From the NCBI GenBank assembly GCA_032128875.1, contig JAVLKG010000005.1, forward strand, positions 374,778 through 438,777: a stretch of 64,000 bases of DNA. The letters run 5' to 3'. Made by a program: the position numbers and the translations under genes. This document shows positions 9,136 to 17,442 of this stretch, piece by piece; within the stretch, counting starts at the first letter, position 1, and the number at the start of each line of letters is the position of its first letter. The stretch is from Candidatus Melainabacteria bacterium 17Bon1m (GTDB lineage: Bacteria; Cyanobacteriota; Vampirovibrionia; Obscuribacterales; Obscuribacteraceae). Under the pieces are notes generated by a model, which had not been told where the DNA came from, ran no database searches, and worked only from the letters and a program-made list of their open reading frames with translations.

Positions 9136-10956
9136 TTAAGCTTGGTTGGTCGGTATGACGACAATAAATTTACTGCCCTGACCAAGGACGCTGTCGACTG
9201 TAATCGTTCCTTTATGCGCATCGCAAATCAGTTTGCAAATCGCCAAGCCCAGTCCTGTTCCTTCTCCTTTGCTCACTGCTTCGGGAGTCTGCTCGAAGGC
9301 TTCGAAAATCCGCTTCTTATGCTCATCGGCAATGCCTGGACCATTATCGGTAACGGAAATTTCGACGCTTTCCTTGTCTTGCTTCCAGGCGACCGCAATG
9401 TGACCTTCTTTGGGCGTGTAGTTAATTGCATTCGCAAGCAGATTTGTCAAAAGTTGAACGAGTTTTTTCGGGTCGCACCACAAAATTATTTCGTCGCCCG
9501 TCGATTCGATTTCAATATTTTTGGCTTGCAATGCTGGTTTTACAAGATCAATGGCAGATTGAACCATGCTCTCAATGCTGGCATTGTCGTGTTCGAGCTG
9601 CAGTGCTCCGTGTTTCAACTTTTGGAAGTCGAGCAAATCATTGACGAAATCCAGCAGTCTGTCGAGGTTTCGACTCGCGCCTCTAACCTCTTTCAGTGCC
9701 TCTTCGCTCAGCGGTCCATAGACCTCTTGCCCGATCATGTCTAGAGATACTTGCATTGATGAAAGTGGGCTGCGCAGGTCATGGCTGACCATGTCTACAA
9801 AATCCTGCTTCAATTTCTCCAGTATTTTTTCTTGTTCGATGTTATGCACGACTGCGAAAAGTTCTTCTGTCTCCCGCGAAAAGAGGCATGACCAGCGCGT
9901 ATGCACCGGGGTTTCTGCGTTCTTACCCTGGACTCGCAATTCAAATGACTTGCTCTCTTCGTCGCTTATTGCGCTTTTAAAACTCGCTTCTGCCGCGTTT
10001 CGTTCTTCAGATTCGACAAAATCGAGAAACGATTTGCCCACGATCGTCTGCGGTGCTTCGTTGAAAAACTGCATGGTGGAAGCATTGGCGCGCAAGAACT
10101 TTCCGTCTTTACTGAGCGCGCAGATCAAGTCGTTGGTGTTCTCGACCATCGATTTTTCGCGCTCTTGCTCTTCAACCGTTGCTGCTCTTATGCCGTGCAA
10201 TATCGAATCGATATTAGAAAATTCGCTGCCGTCAGCGAGCACAGGCAATAACTCTTCCTGTCTGGAGATGCGCAGGCAGTTGGCGCCTAAGTGCTTTAGT
10301 GGAATCAGGATATCTCTTATATAAAATGCAGCCATCACAAAAGCCGCCGCAATTGTCAACCCAATTGCACCAGTCAAAAACATATTCAAGGTTTGAAACT
10401 GAGTATTTGTCGCTTCCTCGCTGCCCTGCCGTTTGGCTTCTTCGTATTGAACGACGCTGTCGGCTGCATTGAGCAGACGATTGCAAGCATAGATGAGCGC
10501 TATTTCAAAATTTTCGTGCACGTGTTTCCAATACTTCCAACCCCTTTGCTGGTTGTCTCGCAGCTCGTTAAGGCGCAGAAGCGTTTCCTGTCCCGCATTC
10601 ACTAAGTAGGAGATTTTTTTGCGCTGCACCTCGTCCTGCTCCTCCCGAGAGCTGATTTGCTCCAATTTGTCATTGATGACGGCGAACATTCTTTTGTCGC
10701 CGGTCACTGTTGCGAGCCTGCTGTGAGCCGACGGGAAGAAGTACTGAGGTTGATGACTTATGTAGCCCAGGTTGATCGATGACGAAATCAATGAAATGGT
10801 TTTGGTGATCAACTCGCAAGAGCGAGATTGTTTCACAATGTTGGATTGAATGCTCCAGAGTTGTGCCGTGAGAAAAACGACGAAGACGATTTGGCAGGCG
10901 AGCGGAAACAGCACCAGCAAAAACCCTCTTTCTTCGATACTGAGCTTTTTCATCAA
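9136..10956 (-). CDS. Membrane sensor histidine kinase (two-TM sensor region, PAS, HisKA, HATPase_c)
   Basis: H-box FVDMVSHDLRSPLSS, N-box LLANAINYT, G1 DNGPGI, G2 GEGTGLGLAICK. A PAS-like segment follows the second TM helix (LTGAIGLTIAAAFVMAAF). Confidence 0.9.
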   Translation of the reverse strand: MMKKLSIEERGFLLVLFPLACQIVFVVFLTAQLWSIQSNIVKQSRSCELITKTISLISSSINLGYISHQPQYFFPSAHSRLATVTGDKRMFAVINDKLEQISSREEQDEVQRKKISYLVNAGQETLLRLNELRDNQQRGWKYWKHVHENFEIALIYACNRLLNAADSVVQYEEAKRQGSEEATNTQFQTLNMFLTGAIGLTIAAAFVMAAFYIRDILIPLKHLGANCLRISRQEELLPVLADGSEFSNIDSILHGIRAATVEEQEREKSMVENTNDLICALSKDGKFLRANASTMQFFNEAPQTIVGKSFLDFVESEERNAAEASFKSAISDEESKSFELRVQGKNAETPVHTRWSCLFSRETEELFAVVHNIEQEKILEKLKQDFVDMVSHDLRSPLSSMQVSLDMIGQEVYGPLSEEALKEVRGASRNLDRLLDFVNDLLDFQKLKHGALQLEHDNASIESMVQSAIDLVKPALQAKNIEIESTGDEIILWCDPKKLVQLLTNLLANAINYTPKEGHIAVAWKQDKESVEISVTDNGPGIADEHKKRIFEAFEQTPEAVSKGEGTGLGLAICKLICDAHKGTITVDSVLGQGSKFIVVIPTNQA

Positions 10957-12776
10957 GCTTCACTCTCCGGCGAGCTTGATAGTCTGGGTATTCTCAAGAA
11001 AAAGATGCTGCCGCCTGGAGGAGAGTCTACGACCCCTGCGGACCCGTTGTGTGCTTCGGCAACGGCTTTCACGATGGCCAAGCCAATGCCGCTGCTCTTT
11101 CCTTTGATATTTGATTTTACTGCGGTCTGTTTGAATTTGTCGAAAACATGCGGTTTGTCTTTCTCCGGTACGCCTGGGCCCTGATCGATGACCTGAAGTT
11201 CTGCCATGTCATCGCTCAGCTTTACTTCGAGGCGCACTGTCGAGCCCCTAGGCGAAAATTTTATCGCGTTAGACACCAGGTTGGTCAAAGCTTGCGTCAG
11301 GCGCAACTCGTCTGCCCAGAGCGAGCAATCGGTGTCCGCTACAACAAGGCTGATTCCGGCTGAGTCGGCAAGACCGACCAGCACATCACGCACTCTAGTA
11401 AAAATATCACGCGCACTGACTATCGAAGAATTGAGCGACATTTTTCCGGCTTCTAATTTGTTCAAGTCTAGAAGTTCATTGACCAGCACGGTGAGAGTGG
11501 AGAGACTGCCTTCTGCTCGTTCAAGCACGGCTGACGCCTTTTCCGGCATCTCACCACGTTTTCCTTGCGACAATAAATTGAATGAAATGCCAATTGATGT
11601 AATTGGTGCGCGCAAGTCATGGCTGACAATCGAAAGAAACTTTTCTTTCAGCCGCTCAACTGCACGAAGTTCCGTGACGTCGTGAACCGTGCAGAAATAA
11701 CGCTTTTCCTCTCTTGACCAGCGAACACTCCATTGAAAATCTGCAACTGAATCATCCGACAATTCAATTCTGGTTTCGAATTCTCCGCTTCCTTCTTTCG
11801 CGATTTTCTTCAGTGCTTCGATGGTTGGCTCGATCGAGTCTTCCTTTAGAATCGTTGCTAGCGGTGCTCCAATCAAATCTCGCTCTGATTTGTGCCAGCG
11901 CTTTTCGGCGACCGCGCTCACGCCGACAAACTTGTATTTTGCATCGAGCGAACAAATAACGTCCGCCGCATTGTGCAAAATGGCTTGCTCTCTCAATCTT
12001 GCCTGGCGATGCTGTTCTGCGGCTTTGTGCAGGGTCTTATCGAGCTGTGCAATTTCATCGTTGCCAGGTTGTACTGCACCAAGATCTTTGCCCTGAAAGA
12101 CATTTTGCGCTTCGTTGGAAATTGTTTTCAATCTGCTGGTGATGTCTCGCGAAAACGCCTTCATCAGAAGGAATGACAGCAGGCAGCCGACTGCTGTTCC
12201 TATAGTAAGTATTGAGAGCATGCGGGTTTGAATTGCCGACAACTCTGCCGGAATGCGCGTTTCGAATTGCTTTTCGACCCTGTCGATCTTGTGCATGAAG
12301 CGACGATTTTCCGAGAAAGCATTGACCATAAGAAATGGATTCAGGTGCTGATTACGGCGTCCGGATGGAATTGTAGGGTCGAGTATGACTTCTTTTGCTA
12401 GTTTGAATCCTTCCGTCAGAACGGTCAGTATTTTGTCGAATTGATTGCATACATCGCTAACTTCGGGCGAAACGGAAGTGAGATGTGCAATGCGCTCTTG
12501 CATGTCCTTTGCTCGCCCAGTCTCCATGTCAATCATCTGAAGTGTGCGCGGATCATCCTTTGGTCCTGGGGTGAATATGCGGATCATTGTGCGCATAAGG
12601 GACACGTTGATCTGGTTGAGTTGAACGATCATTGAGCGTTCTTTGAGGATTGTCTGCAATCCTGTCTGTGCTCTGTTCAACTCTGTCGATAAGAGAAAGA
12701 CGAAAAAGAGCTCGAAAATTACTGGTAGTAAAACCAGCAGAACTCCCTTTTGTGTGACTGTAAGTCGGTTTAGCAA
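10953..12776 (-). CDS. Membrane sensor histidine kinase, paralogue of the downstream kinase
   Basis: H-box FLSIVSHDLRAPITS, N-box LVSNAIKFS, G1 DQGPGV, G2 SSGIGLAIVK. Same architecture as 9136..10956. Its stop overlaps the next start in ATGA (10953-10956). Confidence 0.9.
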   Translation of the reverse strand: MLNRLTVTQKGVLLVLLPVIFELFFVFLLSTELNRAQTGLQTILKERSMIVQLNQINVSLMRTMIRIFTPGPKDDPRTLQMIDMETGRAKDMQERIAHLTSVSPEVSDVCNQFDKILTVLTEGFKLAKEVILDPTIPSGRRNQHLNPFLMVNAFSENRRFMHKIDRVEKQFETRIPAELSAIQTRMLSILTIGTAVGCLLSFLLMKAFSRDITSRLKTISNEAQNVFQGKDLGAVQPGNDEIAQLDKTLHKAAEQHRQARLREQAILHNAADVICSLDAKYKFVGVSAVAEKRWHKSERDLIGAPLATILKEDSIEPTIEALKKIAKEGSGEFETRIELSDDSVADFQWSVRWSREEKRYFCTVHDVTELRAVERLKEKFLSIVSHDLRAPITSIGISFNLLSQGKRGEMPEKASAVLERAEGSLSTLTVLVNELLDLNKLEAGKMSLNSSIVSARDIFTRVRDVLVGLADSAGISLVVADTDCSLWADELRLTQALTNLVSNAIKFSPRGSTVRLEVKLSDDMAELQVIDQGPGVPEKDKPHVFDKFKQTAVKSNIKGKSSGIGLAIVKAVAEAHNGSAGVVDSPPGGSIFFLRIPRLSSSPESEA

Positions 12777-13026
12777 GTGAATTAGAAGAAGGTTCGGACC
12801 GCGACGTCAATTTTAGTCGGATCGGCCTTATATAAGTACCGCCCTGAACAAACAGGTTCAGCTTTTCGCGAACAGACTCAATAAGATGTATATCCTTATT
12901 GAAAATGATTGTCATATTTTATTGCCTGTCTTTGCAAATTTTTCTGGCGTCTGTGGCGATTTGAAGTTTTTTTTGAAATTTGCCCTTCTTTTTTGAAACT
13001 TTAAGTGGACAGGATTTGCAAAATAG

Positions 13027-13043
13027 TTGAGAATAAGTCTCAA
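13027..13043. promoter_or_regulatory. Fur-box-like inverted repeat TTGAGA-N5-TCTCAA upstream of the flavodoxin gene
   Basis: TTGAGAATAAGTCTCAA. The inner 15-mer matches the 7-1-7 Fur consensus TGATAATnATTATCA at 11 of 14 specified positions by hand. It lies ~120 nt upstream of the flavodoxin ATG. Confidence 0.3.
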
Positions 13044-13162
13044 CAAATTCGAACTCAGTTCCGGCAGTATTTTGCTCTGTCGGGATGGTTCTTGCGCTTT
13101 GTGGGTGAATGACATCGCGTGCGCTTTCGCGTGCTTATGCGGCCGCGCTCAAGGAGACAAAA

Positions 13163-13684
13163 ATGGGAAAACTTTTCTACGGAACGCAGACTGGCACCAC
13201 AGAAGGTGTTGCTGATGTAATTAAAAAGCACTTGCCAAACTTAGTATCTGAAATCAAATGCATCCAGTTTGCCAAGAAAGAAGAACTCGAAGCCTGCGAC
13301 TTCTTGGTTTTGGGCGGTTCTACCTGGGGCGACGGTGAACTCACCGACGATTGGCTGGACTTCTTTCCTCAAATGGATCTGATCGATTTCACTGGAAAGA
13401 AGGTTGCTCTCTTTTCTTTAGGCGATCAAGTCGGCTATTCCTACAACTTCGTTAGCGCTATGAAGTTGCTCTATGACAAGGTTATTGAGCGCGGCGGCGA
13501 AGTCGTTGCATCTAGAATTTCCAGAGAAGGATTTGAATTCGACCACTCCGAGTCGATCGTGGACGGGCATTTTGTCGGACTGGTAACTGACGAAGTCAAC
13601 GAACCTGAATTGACCGAACAGCGTGTGAGCATTTGGGCTCAAGCGGTTCTTGCTGCCGTCGGTGGCACAGCGGTGGCGGTTTAG
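13163..13684 (+). CDS. Long-chain flavodoxin
   Basis: MGKLFYGTQTGTTEGVADVI is the FMN phosphate-binding loop T/SxTGxT. Length is ~173 aa. AAGGAG lies 6 nt upstream of the ATG at 13163. The longer ORF-track start (13109) lacks an RBS and adds non-homologous residues. Confidence 0.92.
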   Translation: MGKLFYGTQTGTTEGVADVIKKHLPNLVSEIKCIQFAKKEELEACDFLVLGGSTWGDGELTDDWLDFFPQMDLIDFTGKKVALFSLGDQVGYSYNFVSAMKLLYDKVIERGGEVVASRISREGFEFDHSESIVDGHFVGLVTDEVNEPELTEQRVSIWAQAVLAAVGGTAVAV

Positions 13685-13719
13685 TCGTCTTTTCGGGCGT
13701 GTCGATTAGGAGGTGCTTC

Positions 13720-13869
13720 ATGAACGCAACGATCACTTTCGCCACTCGCACTCGCCCAAACAAAGCGGCGCAGCATAAAAAACCCCGGAATGCGCGCCGC
13801 TCAATTTTCTCTTTGATCGAGAACTCGATTCTCAACTGGCTTATGTCCTACCCGATTGAGATCATTTAG
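13720..13869 (+). CDS. Small basic hypothetical protein (49 aa)
   Basis: AGGAGG at 13708-13713, 6 nt before the ATG at 13720. Its stop TAG abuts the next ATG (TAGATG at 13867-13872). No recognisable domain. Confidence 0.35.
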   Translation: MNATITFATRTRPNKAAQHKKPRNARRSIFSLIENSILNWLMSYPIEII

Positions 13870-14232
13870 ATGAAAGAAACATCCAGTCACCGCCAGTGGT
13901 TGCACACTCGATTTCCCGTTAGTCCGGTTGGACCTGCTTCCGACCTTACTAGACAGCAGTCGCACAACAATTTGCGCGGGCGGCGAGTCTGGTCGAAGAC
14001 GCCATTCATAGATTGGGGAAATGCGCTTACGACAAGCGTTATTGTTCCCAGCGAAGTAGGCGGGACTGTCGTTTTTCACGGCTCTGACGATATCTTCGTC
14101 GTTCGCTGGGATAACGGTCGTGTAGCCATGCACAGAAAAGATGATTTGCTCAGAGCGGCAGTGCTAATTGGTGCGCATGAGAGTTTGAAGAGTTATCTCA
14201 ATGGCATGAGGCAGCACGCATGCACGCCTTAG
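13870..14232 (+). CDS. Hypothetical protein (120 aa)
   Basis: ORF abutting the preceding small ORF. The segment VIVPSEVGGTVVFHGSDDIFVVRWDNGRVAMHRKDDL looks like a small beta-barrel (SH3/Tudor-like); that is my impression only. No family recognised. Confidence 0.4.
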   Translation: MKETSSHRQWLHTRFPVSPVGPASDLTRQQSHNNLRGRRVWSKTPFIDWGNALTTSVIVPSEVGGTVVFHGSDDIFVVRWDNGRVAMHRKDDLLRAAVLIGAHESLKSYLNGMRQHACTP

Positions 14233-14600
14233 CCAGCGTCAGACCGGCGGAAGCCGGCTTTACAGCTTGGTTGGAAGGGTTTCCCAACTCTTCCATCTTG
14301 CGCTTGAAGGCGATCAACACAAGCACTTCGTCCAGTCGGCATATAATTTTGGCGCTGGCCTATGGATTGACAGATTTCAGGATAGCCAAATTGAACGGGC
14401 TTATCACCGGCCTTATGCTCCGGCGCATGCAGGCCGAGCGACGGGGAGATAAAGCCAGGATAGAACGTATAGAAAAGGTTCTCCACTCACTGCACCTGGC
14501 AATTGATAAAGTGACCGGCTTCGAGGCGTCTAAAGTCCACGGTGACGGTCAAGTCTGCCGAGCCGTAACCAAGTCTAAGAAAGCCTCATCGCGTTACTGA
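14220..14600 (+). CDS. Hypothetical protein (126 aa), mostly helical by composition
   Basis: The ORF overlaps the previous one by 13 nt. Composition is protein-like, unlike the antisense ORF 14229..14486. No family recognised. Confidence 0.4.
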   Translation: MHALASVRPAEAGFTAWLEGFPNSSILRLKAINTSTSSSRHIILALAYGLTDFRIAKLNGLITGLMLRRMQAERRGDKARIERIEKVLHSLHLAIDKVTGFEASKVHGDGQVCRAVTKSKKASSRY

Positions 14601-16375
14601 AGCACTGTTCCGATTGACTGTTCTAAGTCAGTGAATGCCTGCTGGTATGAATTAACCGCGTCCAAATACTGATTGCGAATTTGAATATTCGCTTGTTGCG
14701 TCAAAAGAGTTGAAGTAATGTCGGACTGACCAACTTCATAACTGCGTCTTGCCAGTCGAGCCACTTCATTCGAGTCGTTGAGCAGTTTTTGCTGATACGT
14801 CAAAATCCGTTGTCTGGCAGCCAGCACTCTTTGGTATGCGGCAGAAACTTCCTGTTGAATGACGTTTTCTTGCGATGTTACCTGCGAGTTCAATGCACGG
14901 ATTGTCGCTCTATATTTGCTGATGTCGCCCTGATTCAAATCGAATATCGGCAATGGTTGGAAGACCTGGATAAAGTAACCATGGAAAACGTTTTTCGGCA
15001 GTGGCTTGTCCGGGTCTAATTGGGACGGATTAAGAGGCGGACCGTTGACCACGGAACTACCAACACCAAGAGTAGGGTTTGGCAGTATTTCTCCGTATGC
15101 AACTTTCAGTTGCGCTTTGGCAGCAGCAATTGCTCTTTCCAAGACCTTCAGCTCAAGCCTGTTTTGCTTGGCTGCTGCAAGCAGGACATCCAACTTCGGC
15201 ATCTCTTTATTGAAGTCTGGCAGCAAGTCTATGATTTCGGCACGCAGCTTAAACGGCTGCAGGCGCGGAACCTCAACTTGCGTGTCGACGTTTCGGCCCA
15301 GCAAAATCGCCAGTGCTTGCCTCGCTTGCACGACTCTTCTGGCACCCACATCGCGCTCGATACCGTTTTGACCATTCAAAAGGCGAGCTTTGAGAACGTC
15401 CAACTCCGGAACGTCACCAGCTTGGAAGCGTTTTGCCGCAACCTCGTAAAGCCTGGCGCTAAGGTCATACAAGTCGACAAGAGTTTCATATGTCTCTTGC
15501 GCAACAACCAGCTCCGTATAAGCTTTTCTGATATCACCGCGAAGCTGCCAGAGCGCATTGCGAATTTCAAAATCAGTTTGTTTGATCTGTTTTTTCGCAG
15601 CCAAGATTCTAAAGACCAGCTTCCATGGCGGCTCGATTGGAATCGTTACGCCATAGCGGTATGTGAATTCAGCTTTGTAACCGCTGTCCATAAAGATTGT
15701 CGGATTCGGCAATTCTGTGGCGCGAATCAGTTCTGACTTCGTGATTCCCAAATTGAAACGCACGGCTGCTGCTCGCGGGCTATTGATGAGCGTTTCGTTC
15801 ATCGCTTGCCCAATGGTCATCGAGTCACCCATCGGTCCGCGCAGGTTAAGTGCGTCCTGCGGAGTCACTGATGGAGGAGTATGTGCGCCCTGCTCCGGGA
15901 TGCCGGATGGATTACTTTCCCCGCGCGATGCTGGGTCGATCGGGGACGTCACCGGGGTATTGCTCAATGGAGTCGTGGGCGTGGGTTTAGGCGTAAATCG
16001 TTCCTTCGGATCGACTGTGCTGCCTGGTCCACCTGGACCCTCCACGCCCTCTGAGGGCACCTTGGTGCCTTCGCCCGGGATGCCAATCGGCAGATTAAGC
16101 GACGGCTGCGTGGGAGCCTCGACTGGTTTTATAACTTGTGGGGAGGCGGACGGCAGGATTACTGGAGGCGCGTCCGAATAACTTGGTGTGGAAGCTCTCT
16201 TTGCCGCAGCGATTTTTAAGCGCGACCGCAGGCTTAGCGGTTGCCTGAAATTGGGGCTAAAAGTCTTGTCGGAACTTGTGTCGCCAGCTATTGCCGCTTC
16301 CGGGATGGAAGCAGCGAAAAGGTTTAGGACTAAGAATCCAACAAAGCGTTGTCTGGTAAAGGGGCTCATTATCAA
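14594..16375 (-). CDS. TolC-family outer-membrane efflux channel with a ~190-aa Pro/Ser/Thr-rich N-terminal extension
   Basis: The C-terminal ~400 aa show the duplicated OEP pattern (coiled-coil-rich segments, ...AQLKVAYGEILPNPTLGVGSS..., ...LLTQQANIQIRNQYLDAVNSYQQAFTDLEQSIG). There is an N-terminal signal-like segment, followed by a low-complexity PxP-rich stretch. Confidence 0.85.
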   Translation of the reverse strand: MIMSPFTRQRFVGFLVLNLFAASIPEAAIAGDTSSDKTFSPNFRQPLSLRSRLKIAAAKRASTPSYSDAPPVILPSASPQVIKPVEAPTQPSLNLPIGIPGEGTKVPSEGVEGPGGPGSTVDPKERFTPKPTPTTPLSNTPVTSPIDPASRGESNPSGIPEQGAHTPPSVTPQDALNLRGPMGDSMTIGQAMNETLINSPRAAAVRFNLGITKSELIRATELPNPTIFMDSGYKAEFTYRYGVTIPIEPPWKLVFRILAAKKQIKQTDFEIRNALWQLRGDIRKAYTELVVAQETYETLVDLYDLSARLYEVAAKRFQAGDVPELDVLKARLLNGQNGIERDVGARRVVQARQALAILLGRNVDTQVEVPRLQPFKLRAEIIDLLPDFNKEMPKLDVLLAAAKQNRLELKVLERAIAAAKAQLKVAYGEILPNPTLGVGSSVVNGPPLNPSQLDPDKPLPKNVFHGYFIQVFQPLPIFDLNQGDISKYRATIRALNSQVTSQENVIQQEVSAAYQRVLAARQRILTYQQKLLNDSNEVARLARRSYEVGQSDITSTLLTQQANIQIRNQYLDAVNSYQQAFTDLEQSIGTVLQ

Positions 16376-16692
16376 GGTTAGTATAGCCCAGAGACGGTGA
16401 AAGTCCTGGGAAAGAGGCAGCCCGAACGCGCCCGTACAGCGAAGCTTGTTATCGAATTGACGTAAAAGACGGTGAAAAACCTCAAAGCTGGGCTGTTACA
16501 CAGTAAGCCGAACGGGAAGATCGCCTATAGATGGCTGCTTCCCGCCTGCGGACGGCTAATGCGCTTGCGCCAGCGCACTTATAATTTGCTAACATTGGGC
16601 CGGTCGGCGCATGGCTAACTATTTAAAGGGTGTCCGAGATTGACTGAAATCCGTATATACATCCTTTTGGAGTCGCCGGGCAGACGGGGGAT

Positions 16693-17439
16693 ATGAAGGA
16701 CAGCGAAAGTAGGGCTTTTTTAAGAGGGGAGATGGATTTCACTCCCCAGCGTATGATGCGGTACATCCGTTCACGCGCTCGCCTTGCCACGGATGAAGAT
16801 ATCGAGGACATTCTCCAAAATGCCCTCGTATTGGTCTGTCAGCACTTCGACCCCACCCACCCGGACGCGAACCTATCCTTATATTGTCTGGGAGCCTGCA
16901 ACAAGGCAATTGCTCAGAATCTCGAGCGCTATCACAAGGTTCAGCTGAAAAAACGCGACCCAAACGCAAAAGACAAGCCGCGCGTCGCGCCTGTCGGTGT
17001 TTCCAGCTCCGAGACCGAAATGGATGGACAGGCAATGAAGGTGACTGGGCTTGCCCCTGGCAAGTCTTTTGACGATACGCCGGGAAATTCGACCCAATGG
17101 CGGACCACATCCTTAGATAGTATGTTCGACGAAGACGACGGCAGAAATCCCGAAGACGTATTGGGCTGGGAGCTTTCTGTGCTCGCCGGTGATTCTGAGA
17201 CATCTGACCCGGCGATTAAGGCCTTAATTAATGATCTGATCGAACAGATTTTGGCCGAGTTGCCCACCCAATTGCACCGTACCTGCTTCCTTTTGAAGTA
17301 TGTGGAAGGTCATAAAAGAGAAGATTTGATTTCATGTCTAAAAATGGACCCCAAGAGTATAGATACGGTCGACAAGAAGATCGTCCGAACGCTGAAAGCA
17401 TTCAAAGAAAAACTCGACAGGGACGAGGCACGAATTTAG
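16693..17439 (+). CDS. Sigma-70-family (ECF-like) sigma factor with an unusually long acidic linker
   Basis: Region-2-like DIEDILQNALVLVCQHFDP...YCLGACNKAIAQNLERYHK. Region-4 HTH-like LPTQLHRTCFLLKYVEGHKREDLISCLKMDPKSIDTVDKKIVRTLKAFKEKL. About 100 aa of low-complexity acidic sequence separates them. Confidence 0.6.
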   Translation: MKDSESRAFLRGEMDFTPQRMMRYIRSRARLATDEDIEDILQNALVLVCQHFDPTHPDANLSLYCLGACNKAIAQNLERYHKVQLKKRDPNAKDKPRVAPVGVSSSETEMDGQAMKVTGLAPGKSFDDTPGNSTQWRTTSLDSMFDEDDGRNPEDVLGWELSVLAGDSETSDPAIKALINDLIEQILAELPTQLHRTCFLLKYVEGHKREDLISCLKMDPKSIDTVDKKIVRTLKAFKEKLDRDEARI

Positions 17440-17442
17440 GAG

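Noticed and set aside
13109-13162. The longer flavodoxin start (ORF track 13109).
   Set aside because: The extension (MTSRALSRAYAAALKETK) is not flavodoxin-like. A perfect AAGGAG RBS precedes the ATG at 13163, which gives the canonical MGKLFYGTQTG N-terminus.
13801-14133. A 110-aa minus-strand ORF as an alternative to the + strand small-ORF trio.
   Set aside because: It has no RBS or coupling features. The + strand ORFs have an AGGAGG RBS and TAGATG abutment. The choice is still uncertain, hence the low confidences.
15020-15736. A 238-aa ORF on the + strand, plus several other 60-150-aa ORFs, inside the TolC-like gene.
   Set aside because: It is antisense to a gene with clear family motifs. 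Its composition (Cys/Arg/Phe/Leu-rich, no motifs) is typical of shadow ORFs.
16376-16692. A possible riboswitch or sRNA in the 317-nt divergent region between the TolC-like and sigma factor genes, which contains hairpins such as GGGAAG...CTTCCC near 16515-16545.
   Set aside because: I recognise no conserved riboswitch core. The hairpins are short and imperfect. A covariance-model scan (Rfam/Infernal) would be needed.
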